IMG/VR virus record: IMGVR_UViG_3300027895_000005
Location: 38,139 to 102,138 of that record
Source: a virus
DNA length: 64,000 bases
Strand: one strand, 5' to 3'
Made by a program: the position numbers and the translations under genes. Positions 19,184 through 28,246 of the stretch are shown here, piece by piece; position 1 is the stretch's first letter, and each line of letters opens with the position of its first letter. Below the pieces are notes generated by a model, which saw nothing but the letters and a program-made list of their open reading frames with translations, was not told where the DNA came from and did not search any database.

Positions 19184-19567
19184 TCAGCAGAAACTGTATC
19201 GGGTGTGGCGGTCGGACACAATGAAGCCGTTCAGCCAGATCGTAACGCTGACAAGGTCCTCGCGCATCCGGACCTCGTAGAAGAGTTCGTCTGGTAACGG
19301 GTTAAGCGCGAAGACGTCGGGGTTGAATGCGAGAGCGCCGGGATCGTCCTGAAGCAGCCGGTAAACGGCATGGCGCTCAGCCCACCAGCAATCCGGCCAG
19401 CCTAGGACCGGGAGCGCCTTGTGACGAGCGAGACCGCTGCGAAGGCGATCGAGATGGGAGTAGCCCAGTATTGCATCAACCCGAACAAGTGCCGGTTGCC
19501 TGATGCCGGCAGAAAACGCCGGAGCGCGATCATACAGGTGGGGACGAGGAGGCAGGTCGGTCGCCAT
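19184..19567 (-). CDS. Hypothetical protein
   Basis: 127-aa ORF downstream of BRO gene. Confidence 0.45.
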   Translation of the reverse strand: MATDLPPRPHLYDRAPAFSAGIRQPALVRVDAILGYSHLDRLRSGLARHKALPVLGWPDCWWAERHAVYRLLQDDPGALAFNPDVFALNPLPDELFYEVRMREDLVSVTIWLNGFIVSDRHTRYSFC

Positions 19568-19643
19568 GAGAAGTCCTTCGTGGGGGAATTGGCGAGAAGA
19601 GGAGCACCCGCAGAGCTGGCAAACGGCTCTGCGGGTGAGGGGG

Positions 19644-20366
19644 TCAATCGGTAAAGGCCAAGTCGGTCTCGATCTGGGGATGCTCCTTCGACCAGTACCA
19701 GGCGATGGCGTGAGTGAGGCACCAGAGATGTTCCGGTTCGCACATCAGACGCCCACGGGGATCGTCGGCGAGCTGGGGAGCAGGCCGGCCGACGTGACAC
19801 CGATAGGCGCTGTCCATACGCCGCACGATGTTCTTCAAGGTCTTGTCGGTGACGCCAGGCCAGCAACGGATGGTGTACTCGCGAGGGTCGATCAGTTCAA
19901 TCGGCCGTTCGCGGATGACGGGTTGCGCGATCTGGGGCTGGTGGTAAATCCCCATCTGAGAGAGAACCTCCAAGACCAGTTCACGCATCGACTTCGCCGG
20001 GTCGGCCGGTGCCGGATAACAGCCGTGCTTCCGGATGCAGGGCAGAACGTCGTGGCAGATCCAGCGAGTGAAACCCTTCGCTGCCGGCTTATCGCTGCGG
20101 ACGATGACCTTGTAGAGACCCGGTTCGGTCACGAAGGTGGCCTCCTGCTCTCGGCCAAGGGAATCGATGACCTTACTTCGAGTAACCTCATCCGGATCGA
20201 GGCGATCAGCCACGCGACTGACCTGGTCGAGGGCAAGGACGCGGCAAGCGTCAAGGAGACAGAACAGGGGATCGGACAGCGTGCCGGCCATGCGGATGCT
20301 CAGGCCGTGGGGGTTCAGTTCAGCGGGAACGGCGAGGGACAGGGTCAGGTTCGTGTTGTCGGTCAT
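19644..20366 (-). CDS. BRO-N domain antirepressor-like protein
   Basis: PLFCLLDACRVLAL, FVTEPGLYKVIVRSDKPAAKGFTRWICHDVLPCIRKHG. Confidence 0.9.
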   Translation of the reverse strand: MTDNTNLTLSLAVPAELNPHGLSIRMAGTLSDPLFCLLDACRVLALDQVSRVADRLDPDEVTRSKVIDSLGREQEATFVTEPGLYKVIVRSDKPAAKGFTRWICHDVLPCIRKHGCYPAPADPAKSMRELVLEVLSQMGIYHQPQIAQPVIRERPIELIDPREYTIRCWPGVTDKTLKNIVRRMDSAYRCHVGRPAPQLADDPRGRLMCEPEHLWCLTHAIAWYWSKEHPQIETDLAFTD

Positions 20367-20462
20367 AAAGGAAGAGCCTCATGGTGAATGATCGGGGTAA
20401 GCAGACGAGCATCGACATGGGGTTTCTCCTCGCGAGCGAACAGTGAAGGGGCGAAGAAGCTG

Positions 20463-20708
20463 TCAGTCGTCAGCGCGGCGTTGCTTGTTGTGCTGACGTT
20501 TACCGATGACGTCCCGCGCCTCCTCCAGATAAGCGGGAGTCTTCTCAGTGAGAATCATCCGGATCACGTTGGATAGGTCGAGACCCTTCGCCTCGCCTAT
20601 CAGTTCTAGCTCCTCAAGGAGACCAGCGGGAATGCGGATGTTGACTTGCTTGCCGATGGCAGGACGGCCAGCGGAACGCGGTTCGGCGCCTGTTTTATGC
20701 TTCGCCAC
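20463..20708 (-). CDS. Ribbon-helix-helix regulator (repressor candidate)
   Basis: KQVNIRIPAGLLEELELIGEAKGLDLSNVIRMIL; GTG start. Confidence 0.75.
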   Translation of the reverse strand: MAKHKTGAEPRSAGRPAIGKQVNIRIPAGLLEELELIGEAKGLDLSNVIRMILTEKTPAYLEEARDVIGKRQHNKQRRADD

Positions 20709-20780
20709 GGTTGCCCCTTGGGGTGCGGTGGGAATCAGCAATCCAGGCATAGGGTAGCACCGTGGGAAATGGGCCGAAAG

Positions 20781-20911
20781 ATAGCGCCTTATCATTATAG
20801 CGCAAATACTGGACCGTCAGCATAGCGAAAAGTACCTTTTTCAGGAATTCCTGAATTCTGTTCGGATTACGCTATGTATCGCTTGACAACGCGATACGGA
20901 ACCATTATACT
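20781..20911 (+). promoter_or_regulatory. Divergent control region with sigma70-type promoter and palindromes
   Basis: TTGACA 20883 -17bp- TATACT 20906; gtatcgc/gcgatac flanking the -35; ttcaggaattcctgaa palindrome 20840-20855; repeated ATAGCG. Confidence 0.75.
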
Positions 20912-20954
20912 CCTTACAGGTGAATGAAAGCAACCCTCCAACAGGAACCGACCG

Positions 20955-21125
20955 ATGAGCACCCCCGAACACCATGCCGGCTTCGCCCGCGAAGCCAACC
21001 GCGATTGCGAACCGGCCGTCCCCACCTGCTACTTATGCGGCGAGGCATGCAGCGGCAACACGCTGGAGATGGTCTACCTCGACGATGTGGCCGTTGACGT
21101 CCCGGTGTGCGACCCGGACCGCTGA
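20955..21125 (+). CDS. Small Cys-containing protein (56 aa)
   Basis: Manual translation; first ORF after promoter. Confidence 0.55.
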   Translation: MSTPEHHAGFAREANRDCEPAVPTCYLCGEACSGNTLEMVYLDDVAVDVPVCDPDR

Positions 21126-21166
21126 GACCCGCCCGGACCACCTTCACCCCCTGACGAGCCCGAACC

Positions 21167-21583
21167 ATGTGCCAGCAAACCACCGACCGCCCGACCGCCC
21201 CGAAGTCCGCACCGCCCGCCGGCAACACCTGCCGCTGGATCACGACCAACAGCGCCGCCCTCATCCGCAGCGGACAGAGCGCCCGCCTGTCGATCACGGT
21301 GGACCGCAAGGTCAAGGGCGGCGGATATCGCCCCGAGACCGTGGAATACAGCGTCTGCTGGCTGGGCGCTGAACAGGCGTGGTTGTTGACGCACGACATC
21401 GAAGGCAGCGGTTCGGGCGAGTGCTTCGTCGATTACCGGGTGTCGTGGGACTACTTTTCCTGTGACTGCCCGGCCGCGAATTACAACCTCAAGGAGCCTT
21501 GCAAGCACGCCCGTGCCCTCTTCGCCGCCCTGCCGAAGATCGGCATTCAGATGGGCGAGCTGCGGACGAAAGGATGTGCATGA
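21167..21583 (+). CDS. SWIM zinc-finger protein
   Basis: FSCDCPA...PCKH. Confidence 0.75.
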   Translation: MCQQTTDRPTAPKSAPPAGNTCRWITTNSAALIRSGQSARLSITVDRKVKGGGYRPETVEYSVCWLGAEQAWLLTHDIEGSGSGECFVDYRVSWDYFSCDCPAANYNLKEPCKHARALFAALPKIGIQMGELRTKGCA

Positions 21584-21870
21584 TGCCATCTCCCCACAAG
21601 GTCTATGCTCTGATGTACAACGGTTGCATCTACACGCTTCGTCCCACCGTGGGCGACCTGAAACGCTCGTTCAAGTGGGTCGGCTTCCGCGACGGCGACC
21701 GTTGCGGCTTCTTCAAGACGAAGAAGGACTTTGAGGCATTCGTTGCCCGGGAACCGGCCCTGTCTCCCCTTGGCCCGCACGCGGAGGCATCGTTCCGAGC
21801 GGAGACCTGGAGCACGTTCGAGGGGTCGCGGATCCTCCAGCGGTTGGCTGAAGCAAAAGGAGACGCATAA
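21580..21870 (+). CDS. Hypothetical protein
   Basis: ATGA-coupled. Confidence 0.6.
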   Translation: MMPSPHKVYALMYNGCIYTLRPTVGDLKRSFKWVGFRDGDRCGFFKTKKDFEAFVAREPALSPLGPHAEASFRAETWSTFEGSRILQRLAEAKGDA

Positions 21871-22436
21871 TGGACGAATCCCTGATTCTCCCTCGCATGG
21901 CCATCTGCGAGACGCTTCGCCAGTGGCTGGTGGCCAAGACCGCCAAGCGGTTCCCCTGGCTGCGTGACGAGTTGGAGTCGCACACCTTGGAGGCCCTCTG
22001 GCGGGCTGCCTGTCGCTGCAAGAACGACGCGAAATGGGAGAGTTTCGCCAGTACATGGATGCGCGGGGCCGTCAAGCAGGTACTCAAGCTCGATTTGCCC
22101 AACGGTTGGCGATGCCGGGTTCGCTGCGCCCAGAACCAGTTGCCGCGCACCGACAGCATTTGCGAGTACGCCGAATTTCTCGCCCGCCCGGGACGCACGC
22201 CCGCTTGCCTGGACGACGCGACCGACCGCTGGGACGAATGCCTAGCCCTCCTCAACGCCAGACAGCAAGATGTCCTGACCCTCTACTTTGGCTACGACAT
22301 GGGGACCACGGAGATTGGCGAACGTCTCGGGATTCACGAGCAGTCGGCCGCGAACACCCTCAAGCAGGCGATTGTGCGGCTTCGAAAAGTGATGTGGCAA
22401 GTTGCCGCCCAGCTGGCCGTGACGCACGGAACCTGA
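21870..22436 (+). CDS. Sigma70/ECF-like sigma factor
   Basis: Region-2-like ALWRAA..FASTWMRGAV; region 4 LNARQQDVLTLYFGYDMGTTEIGERLGI. Confidence 0.75.
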   Translation: MDESLILPRMAICETLRQWLVAKTAKRFPWLRDELESHTLEALWRAACRCKNDAKWESFASTWMRGAVKQVLKLDLPNGWRCRVRCAQNQLPRTDSICEYAEFLARPGRTPACLDDATDRWDECLALLNARQQDVLTLYFGYDMGTTEIGERLGIHEQSAANTLKQAIVRLRKVMWQVAAQLAVTHGT

Positions 22437-22467
22437 CCCACACCATCGCCCCCTGACGGAGAAACCC

Positions 22468-22797
22468 ATGACCGAGAAGATCGCTGCGGAAGCGCCCATC
22501 AAGAGGAGCCTCCGCGAAGCCGTCACAACTCTTCTGCTCGCCCATCCCGTTTACCGCGGTCTCCTCCCCGGCAACATCGCTCGCGCCGGACAGATCCAGG
22601 CCATCGAAGCCGAGGACGCCGTCCGGGAAGCTCTCGTCGAACCGGGAAGAGAACTCGACGAGTTGATGGACTCGCTCCGAATCGACGCCCACATCGCCCT
22701 TCGAGAGTTCTACCGGCAGTTCGGCGACGCTTGCCCGATCGCAACAAACGCCCTGGAGCGTATCTGCAAGATGCTCGACAGCATCTGTGCGAAGTAA
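22468..22797 (+). CDS. Hypothetical protein
   Basis: RBS ggag, 109 aa. Confidence 0.65.
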   Translation: MTEKIAAEAPIKRSLREAVTTLLLAHPVYRGLLPGNIARAGQIQAIEAEDAVREALVEPGRELDELMDSLRIDAHIALREFYRQFGDACPIATNALERICKMLDSICAK

Positions 22798-22820
22798 CCA
22801 CCTCTTGAAGGAGCACCCCA

Positions 22821-23318
22821 ATGTCCGAGACCACGACTGCCTCTCTCCTTTGCCCCCACTGCTACGGCACCGGCGACGAATATCCGAACAGCCCCAGAGG
22901 CAGCCTCTCCTGCCAACTCTGCGGCGGCAGCGGCGAGGCGAGCACCATCGACGAGCAGGCGACGGCGGTCCTGACGCCCACAGACGCGGACTCCTGCCCC
23001 TGGTGTCGCGGGACCGGCTGCGATCAGGACGCCGACGGATTCAGCCTGGAATTGCCCTGCCGACGTTGTGGGCGTGCATCGTGGGCAGAACTAGCCATCG
23101 AACTGGCCGACGGCGCTCCCCTGTCCATCCCCGTCCTCACCCCGATGGATGGCGTGCTTGCCGATCTGCAATACGCCATCGGCTTCGCGTTGACGGATGC
23201 CAAGTACGCGATGCAGCAACTCCGCCGCGACGACACCATCCGTGCGATGGACGCGGTGGAGCGGATCATCGCGGTGTTGGGCGCGTACTCCACGGAGACG
23301 AAAGGAAGGACATCGTGA
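22821..23318 (+). CDS. DnaJ-type CxxCxGxG zinc-finger protein
   Basis: CPHCYGTG, CQLCGGSG, CPWCRGTG. Confidence 0.7.
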   Translation: MSETTTASLLCPHCYGTGDEYPNSPRGSLSCQLCGGSGEASTIDEQATAVLTPTDADSCPWCRGTGCDQDADGFSLELPCRRCGRASWAELAIELADGAPLSIPVLTPMDGVLADLQYAIGFALTDAKYAMQQLRRDDTIRAMDAVERIIAVLGAYSTETKGRTS

Positions 23319-23626
23319 GCAAACCGACCCCGACGCCGTGGACGCTGTCCGAGAACGACCTTGGCGTCTTCGGCCCAGCGCCGGACGAGTGAGGCATCGC
23401 CTGTATCGTGCTCTACGACCGTAGCACGCTCGGCCAAGGGCAAGGCATCCCCGACGACGTGCAGCGGGCCAACGCCCGACTTATCGTGACGGCGGTCAAC
23501 GCCCACGACGACCTGATGGCCGCGTGCGAGGCGATCATCGCCGGTTGGGGTCATCAGGATGGGGTGTCCAGGGCCGTCGCAATGGCCCGCGCCGCTCTGA
23601 CGAAGGCGAAAGAGGGCGCGCCATGA
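23315..23626 (+). pseudogene. Phage protein (PTPTPW...ANARLIVTAVN type) with one in-frame TGA at 23390-23392
   Basis: Both halves are in the same frame across GAG TGA GGC. Confidence 0.6.
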
Positions 23627-23835
23627 AACACACTGCCTACACCCTCGTCGCCGTCCACTGCCCCACGTGCGGCGCGGAAGCAAACATACCGGCCGCCGCC
23701 GCACCCTCGGCGTTCTGCCCGTGCTGTCTGCTGCGGGAGAGCAGGGTTGTCGTGATGACGTGCGTCCAGACCGATGAGCGAGCGGCCAAACGCGGCCGCA
23801 AGGTCGGCCACAACAGGAAAGAGAGGGCGGGATGA
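23623..23835 (+). CDS. Small Zn-finger protein
   Basis: CPTC...CPCC. Confidence 0.6.
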   Translation: MKHTAYTLVAVHCPTCGAEANIPAAAAPSAFCPCCLLRESRVVVMTCVQTDERAAKRGRKVGHNRKERAG

Positions 23836-24152
23836 CTTGCCCATGCCGATTGACAACGCCGTGCCAGCCGAATTGCACCTGCGTCAAGCCGTACATGTCA
23901 CATGGATGCCGCCGATGCTGCACCTATGGAAGCGTCGAGCAGCAACGGGCGGCAGCCGAGAGAATCGCCCGGGCCATCGACCTCGCCCCTGAATTGTTGG
24001 CGGCTCTGGAAAAACTGATTGCTGCCGCACCGGCCTATCGCGGCGTGCCGATGGGCGTCATCACCAATCGGGCGCAAGCTCTTCTCGATGCCCACATTGC
24101 TGCCGAAGACGACGCTATTGCCGTCATCACAAAGGCGAAAGGCGGTGCGTGA
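23832..24152 (+). CDS. Hypothetical protein
   Basis: Cys-rich N-term, LAPELLAALEK; coupled. Confidence 0.65.
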   Translation: MTCPCRLTTPCQPNCTCVKPYMSHGCRRCCTYGSVEQQRAAAERIARAIDLAPELLAALEKLIAAAPAYRGVPMGVITNRAQALLDAHIAAEDDAIAVITKAKGGA

Positions 24153-24529
24153 TGGAGGACGTTCGCCGCCAGCGAGCAATCGCTCAACTTGATTGCGTGA
24201 TCGACGTGTTCAGCGCCTGGTCCGGGCAATACGCCGACGACGACCAACACGCCGATATCGCCTGGATCATGGCGGTTGTTCCCGAGATGGAGAAAACCAC
24301 AGAGTATCGCCGGGGCTGGCTCTGCGTCAGCGGTACGGCGAAGCAGGGAATCGGCTGGGAACTTCACGCCGGCCAGTTTCGCGTCTGTTCGCTTTGCCGG
24401 TCCATCAAGGGGACGGTCTTCATCGAGTTGACGCGCAAGATGTTCCGCGAAGCGGCAAGAAAGAGTGGGGTGAGCCTGCCCTCCAAGCACGCCACCCTGT
24501 ACCTCGACAGCACGAAAGGCGGCTCGTAA
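24149..24529 (+). CDS. Hypothetical protein
   Basis: Coupled ORF. Confidence 0.65.
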   Translation: MMEDVRRQRAIAQLDCVIDVFSAWSGQYADDDQHADIAWIMAVVPEMEKTTEYRRGWLCVSGTAKQGIGWELHAGQFRVCSLCRSIKGTVFIELTRKMFREAARKSGVSLPSKHATLYLDSTKGGS

Positions 24530-24855
24530 TGGACGATGACATGATCTGCCCCAGGTGCGGCGAAGAGTGCTGGCGCGACTCCGTTGACGTCGAGGTGGGC
24601 GTGATCCACGGCCCTTGCGGATGCCCCGAGTGTGGCTGGTCGAGCGATCCGCACTACGACCGCTCCGGTGGTCGCTCGCCCGCCTCCAAGGAGCAGCCTG
24701 GCTGGTACGTCGATCAGTGGGGGCGGGCGCAGCGGATCGAGGGGATCGTGGACCGCTGCGAGCGCTTCGGTCTCCCTCGCCACATCGTGGAGGATGCCTT
24801 CCGCGAAGACAACCCCGTTCAGCCGATTGACACCATCCTTGACCCAAGAGATTGA
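24529..24855 (+). CDS. Zn-finger hypothetical protein
   Basis: CPRCGEEC, CGCPECG; TAATG overlap. Confidence 0.7.
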   Translation: MDDDMICPRCGEECWRDSVDVEVGVIHGPCGCPECGWSSDPHYDRSGGRSPASKEQPGWYVDQWGRAQRIEGIVDRCERFGLPRHIVEDAFREDNPVQPIDTILDPRD

Positions 24856-24858
24856 CCG

Positions 24859-25113
24859 ATGACCGACGCCGAATTAAACCGCCTCATGGGCCAGGTCGCC
24901 ATGCAGATACGACGCGAGACCGTTGACTCGCTCCTGGCCGGCAACGACCTCTGCTGTTGCTCCACGCAGCAATACCTCGACAGGTATATCCGCGACCACG
25001 TCAAGAGTCGGATCACCATGATGGATCTGCCCCTCGCCCGGATGCACCTGATATCGCTCCGGATGACCGAGGTGAAGCCGGATGTGTGGACCGAACCGAA
25101 ACCAAAGGAGTAG
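24859..25113 (+). CDS. Hypothetical protein
   Basis: 84-aa ORF in operon. Confidence 0.6.
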   Translation: MTDAELNRLMGQVAMQIRRETVDSLLAGNDLCCCSTQQYLDRYIRDHVKSRITMMDLPLARMHLISLRMTEVKPDVWTEPKPKE

Positions 25114-25116
25114 CCA

Positions 25117-25353
25117 GTGAAAATCCGCATCACGATGAAGGATCCTGATTGCGAGTACGGCCCGGTTGAGGACGCCGTCAAGGCGGAACTCGAATCGGTG
25201 CCAGGACTCTCCAAGGATGAGCGCGAAGCTCTCATGGAGACCCGTTGCGAGTCGGCCCGCGCCAAACTCGATAAGTGGATGAAGTACGGCGAATACCTGA
25301 CGGTTGAATTCGACACCGAGGCAGGAACCGCAACCGTCATTCCAAAGGAGTAG
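25117..25353 (+). CDS. Hypothetical protein
   Basis: RBS aaggag. Confidence 0.7.
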   Translation: MKIRITMKDPDCEYGPVEDAVKAELESVPGLSKDEREALMETRCESARAKLDKWMKYGEYLTVEFDTEAGTATVIPKE

Positions 25354-25357
25354 ACCT

Positions 25358-25681
25358 GTGCGCAAACGCGACGAACTGAACGACCCAACTAGTTGCATGA
25401 ACCGCGCCCGCGACACCGAATGGACCTTCGTTCTCCTTGGGCGGGACCGTGCCGCCCCCGCAGCCGTCCAAGCTTGGATTAACGCCCGAATCCTCCTGGG
25501 GAAGAATAAAGCCAGCGATCCGCAGATCGTCGAGGCGGAAAAGTGGATTGCCACGGTGCTGAACGAGCAGGCTGCGGCATCGCTTCCTCGGTGCGGACGG
25601 TGCGCGATCAACCCCGTAACCGACCGCACCAACGAGTACTGCGCGTCCTGCTGGGAGCAGGTGACCAGGCAGGAGCAATGA
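25358..25681 (+). CDS. Hypothetical protein
   Basis: GTG start after aaggag; FVLLGRDRAAP. Confidence 0.65.
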   Translation: MRKRDELNDPTSCMNRARDTEWTFVLLGRDRAAPAAVQAWINARILLGKNKASDPQIVEAEKWIATVLNEQAAASLPRCGRCAINPVTDRTNEYCASCWEQVTRQEQ

Positions 25682-25968
25682 GTCTACCCCGGCGGAGTGT
25701 GGCAGCGGTGCGACGGCCGCCGCCTGCCGCCGGGGGATAAATCTCTCTGCCATCGAATGGGCAGGAGTGTTGGGGGCTTGAAGCCGTAACGGGCGCGCGG
25801 AACTGCCTGTCCCCTCGATCGCCGTACAAGAAGCGGCGCGTTGTCACGAGTCAGGCTGCTCAGGGCGCGCCACCCAGAGCGTAAGGAGCGAGGCGTTCAG
25901 CAGGCGTCCGGGGCCTGGTCGAAAACGCAATCCTGACTTTCCCCACTGTCAACCGTTTGGAGTAAACC

Positions 25969-26265
25969 ATGATCTGCCCTGATTGCAACGGCAACGCCTC
26001 CATCGTCGCCAGCCACGTCCGATACGCCGATGGTTCCGGGGCGTCCAACGTCCCCATGAAGTGCTCGCGGTGCAACGCCACCGGAGAATGTCCCGACGAG
26101 ATGGCTGAGTGGATTCGTGTTGGTGAGCGGATGCGGCAGGCGCGCCTCGCCGTCTACCGCAACCTGCATCAGGAGGCAACCCGGCGCGGCATGACCGCCG
26201 TTGAACTGAGCAAGATGGAGCACGGCAAGATCAAGCCGATTCCCGCAGAGGAGACCACCCCATGA
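25969..26265 (+). CDS. Zn-finger plus XRE-type HTH protein
   Basis: CPDCNG, CSRCNATG; RMRQAR...GMTAVELSKMEHG. Confidence 0.7.
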   Translation: MICPDCNGNASIVASHVRYADGSGASNVPMKCSRCNATGECPDEMAEWIRVGERMRQARLAVYRNLHQEATRRGMTAVELSKMEHGKIKPIPAEETTP

Positions 26266-26573
26266 CCTGTCCCCATCGCGACGAAGAAGACGCCCTGACC
26301 ACAGTCCAGGCCCAACCGATGACCCTTCTTCCGCCCGCGCCGCACCTGTGCCGGTTCTGTGCCGCGGATCACCGGCCACACGAACCACACGACGCGACCT
26401 CGCTCTACTACCAGACGCGATTCCCCATGGCGCATGGCCGGCATCCGACTTGGGTTGACGCCCTCAGTCATTGTGCTCTGGAGGTGCAACACGATTGGCG
26501 CGAACAGCTTGAAGAACTGCACGTCTGGAGTGAACCGCCCGAAGGCGTGGCGGTGGTTGCAGAACAAGCCTGA
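26262..26573 (+). CDS. Hypothetical protein
   Basis: Coupled ORF, CRFC..H..H. Confidence 0.65.
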   Translation: MTCPHRDEEDALTTVQAQPMTLLPPAPHLCRFCAADHRPHEPHDATSLYYQTRFPMAHGRHPTWVDALSHCALEVQHDWREQLEELHVWSEPPEGVAVVAEQA

Positions 26574-26609
26574 CGCCCGCAAGGATGATCGCCCCTGGCC
26601 CCTGGACGG

Positions 26610-26876
26610 ATGCGCGATGTGTCGCAGAAGCTTTACAGCATGGAGGACGTTCGCCAGCGCCTCGGCATCTCGCAATCCACGTTCTATCGGTGGATTCGCG
26701 AGGGGCGCTTCCCCCGCCCTCGGCGCATCGGCGCCGAGTGGAAGTACACCGAAAGCGACTGGAGCGCCTACGTTATGTTCGGCGGTCGCTGGGGTCCCGG
26801 GCCGTTCGATGAAGACGAGAAGACGCCGAAGGGGCGGGAGAAAAAACAGGATTCCGCCGAATCGGACGCGGACTGA
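26610..26876 (+). CDS. AlpA/excisionase-like HTH protein
   Basis: MEDVRQRLGISQSTFYRWIREGRFPRPRRIG. Confidence 0.85.
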   Translation: MRDVSQKLYSMEDVRQRLGISQSTFYRWIREGRFPRPRRIGAEWKYTESDWSAYVMFGGRWGPGPFDEDEKTPKGREKKQDSAESDAD

Positions 26877-26886
26877 GATTTTTTCC

Positions 26887-26945
26887 GAGTGTTCGGTTGT
26901 GTCGCGCCCGTGCCGCCTGGAGTGTTCGGTTGTGTCGCGCCCGTG
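26887..26945. repeat. Two perfect 26-bp direct repeats, 33-bp period
   Basis: gagtgttcggttgtgtcgcgcccgtg at 26887 and 26920. Confidence 0.9.
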
Positions 26946-27078
26946 TCATAAGCGTGTTTCATGCCAAAAGCGGGACGTAATTTGTCCTTGAATCGCCCCT
27001 AATCGCCTGATACCTTTTCCCTGACACGTCTCAGGGACGCCCCGAACGACCCTTTCGCCCCTCGGAAGGAATCGCCAC

Positions 27079-27318
27079 ATGAAACGCTCTAGCAGACTGA
27101 TGGCCCACGCCGCGGCTCTCATCGTACAGTCCGAAGCGTTGCAAAAAATCAAGGCCGGCGTGAACGATGACCTTGCCGGCACGGATATCGATGGGCGTGA
27201 AATCCGCACGATGCTCAACGAGCTCGCGCACGGCAACAGGCTCGCCGGACGCGAAATCATGGAACTCGTGGCGATGAACCGCACGAAACTGGACACGGTC
27301 GCAACGGCCGCATCGTGA
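27079..27318 (+). CDS. Hypothetical protein
   Basis: RBS ggaagg. Confidence 0.6.
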   Translation: MKRSSRLMAHAAALIVQSEALQKIKAGVNDDLAGTDIDGREIRTMLNELAHGNRLAGREIMELVAMNRTKLDTVATAAS

Positions 27319-27513
27319 AGCCACTCCCCTCGGCGGCCCCCTCGGCTTCGCTTCTTCCCGAGGACGTCGGCTTGTTGCCGACCGGACGCCGTTCATCACG
27401 CCTGAAACCTTTTATCGGTGGGGTTCCGGGTGACTGACCCTCGGTTTTCTTCGTGCCGAGGACGACGATCCGCCCGCCCGAGGGGGTGCGACAACAGAGG
27501 AGGGTTGACATCG

Positions 27514-27729
27514 GTGACCTACGATGAAGCCGTCGAGGCGGTCGGCAAGGAACTCTACGGGGACTACCTCGACTCCGGGAACAGGCTGCGGCTGAACATC
27601 GAGCGACTGAATGCGAAGGGTGTCGAGCTGGCAACTGGCAGAGCCAGGACGGATAGAGGCAGGTGGATGGAGAACTTCAGGGAACGTAAGTACTTGCATG
27701 ACAGGATCTGGCAGAAGGTGGACACATAA
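27514..27729 (+). CDS. Hypothetical protein
   Basis: GTG after gaggaggg. Confidence 0.6.
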   Translation: MTYDEAVEAVGKELYGDYLDSGNRLRLNIERLNAKGVELATGRARTDRGRWMENFRERKYLHDRIWQKVDT

Positions 27730-27995
27730 TGCCGACGAAACGAGACGCCGAACTCGCCGCCATCGTCTCCGAAGCGGACGCCCTCGCCCAGACAGTCCGA
27801 TTGCTCGGCCAACGCGCCGAGGACGCCTACGCTGGCGTCGTCTCGGAACTGGACAGCGCATGGCCGTACCTCACGGAGTACGCCGCCCGCGACGCAACAG
27901 GCGCGCTCGTCAAGATGGCGGCGCATTGCCGCAGTGCGTTGCGCGACCACGCCGAGGCGCTGGCTGCGGCGCCTGACCTGCCCGACCCAAGGTGA
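27729..27995 (+). CDS. Hypothetical protein
   Basis: TAATG overlap. Confidence 0.65.
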   Translation: MPTKRDAELAAIVSEADALAQTVRLLGQRAEDAYAGVVSELDSAWPYLTEYAARDATGALVKMAAHCRSALRDHAEALAAAPDLPDPR

Positions 27996-27998
27996 ACC

Positions 27999-28148
27999 AT
28001 GCACGAAGCACTGATCCGCGAATTGTGGGAATACCTCACCGGCGCGCTCTGGGGTGTGATAACCGAAGACGAAGCGGCGGCGGAGGGCGAGCAAATGCAT
28101 AGCCTCTACCTCCGGGTCAAAGCGGTACTGGAGCCCGACGCGAAGTAG
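27999..28148 (+). CDS. Small hypothetical protein (49 aa)
   Basis: Manual translation MHEALIRELWEY... Confidence 0.5.
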   Translation: MHEALIRELWEYLTGALWGVITEDEAAAEGEQMHSLYLRVKAVLEPDAK

Positions 28149-28246
28149 GCGGTGAACGAGGGATCGCCCCATACAGGCGCACCAGAGGCGTCGGCGTGGA
28201 AGGTGCGCGCCGAGACGGTGGACGGTGTGAGACATAGGAGACGACC

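Noticed and set aside
23390-23392. Genome-wide stop-codon recoding
   Set aside because: TGA, TAA and TAG all end well-supported genes; only one interrupted gene was seen
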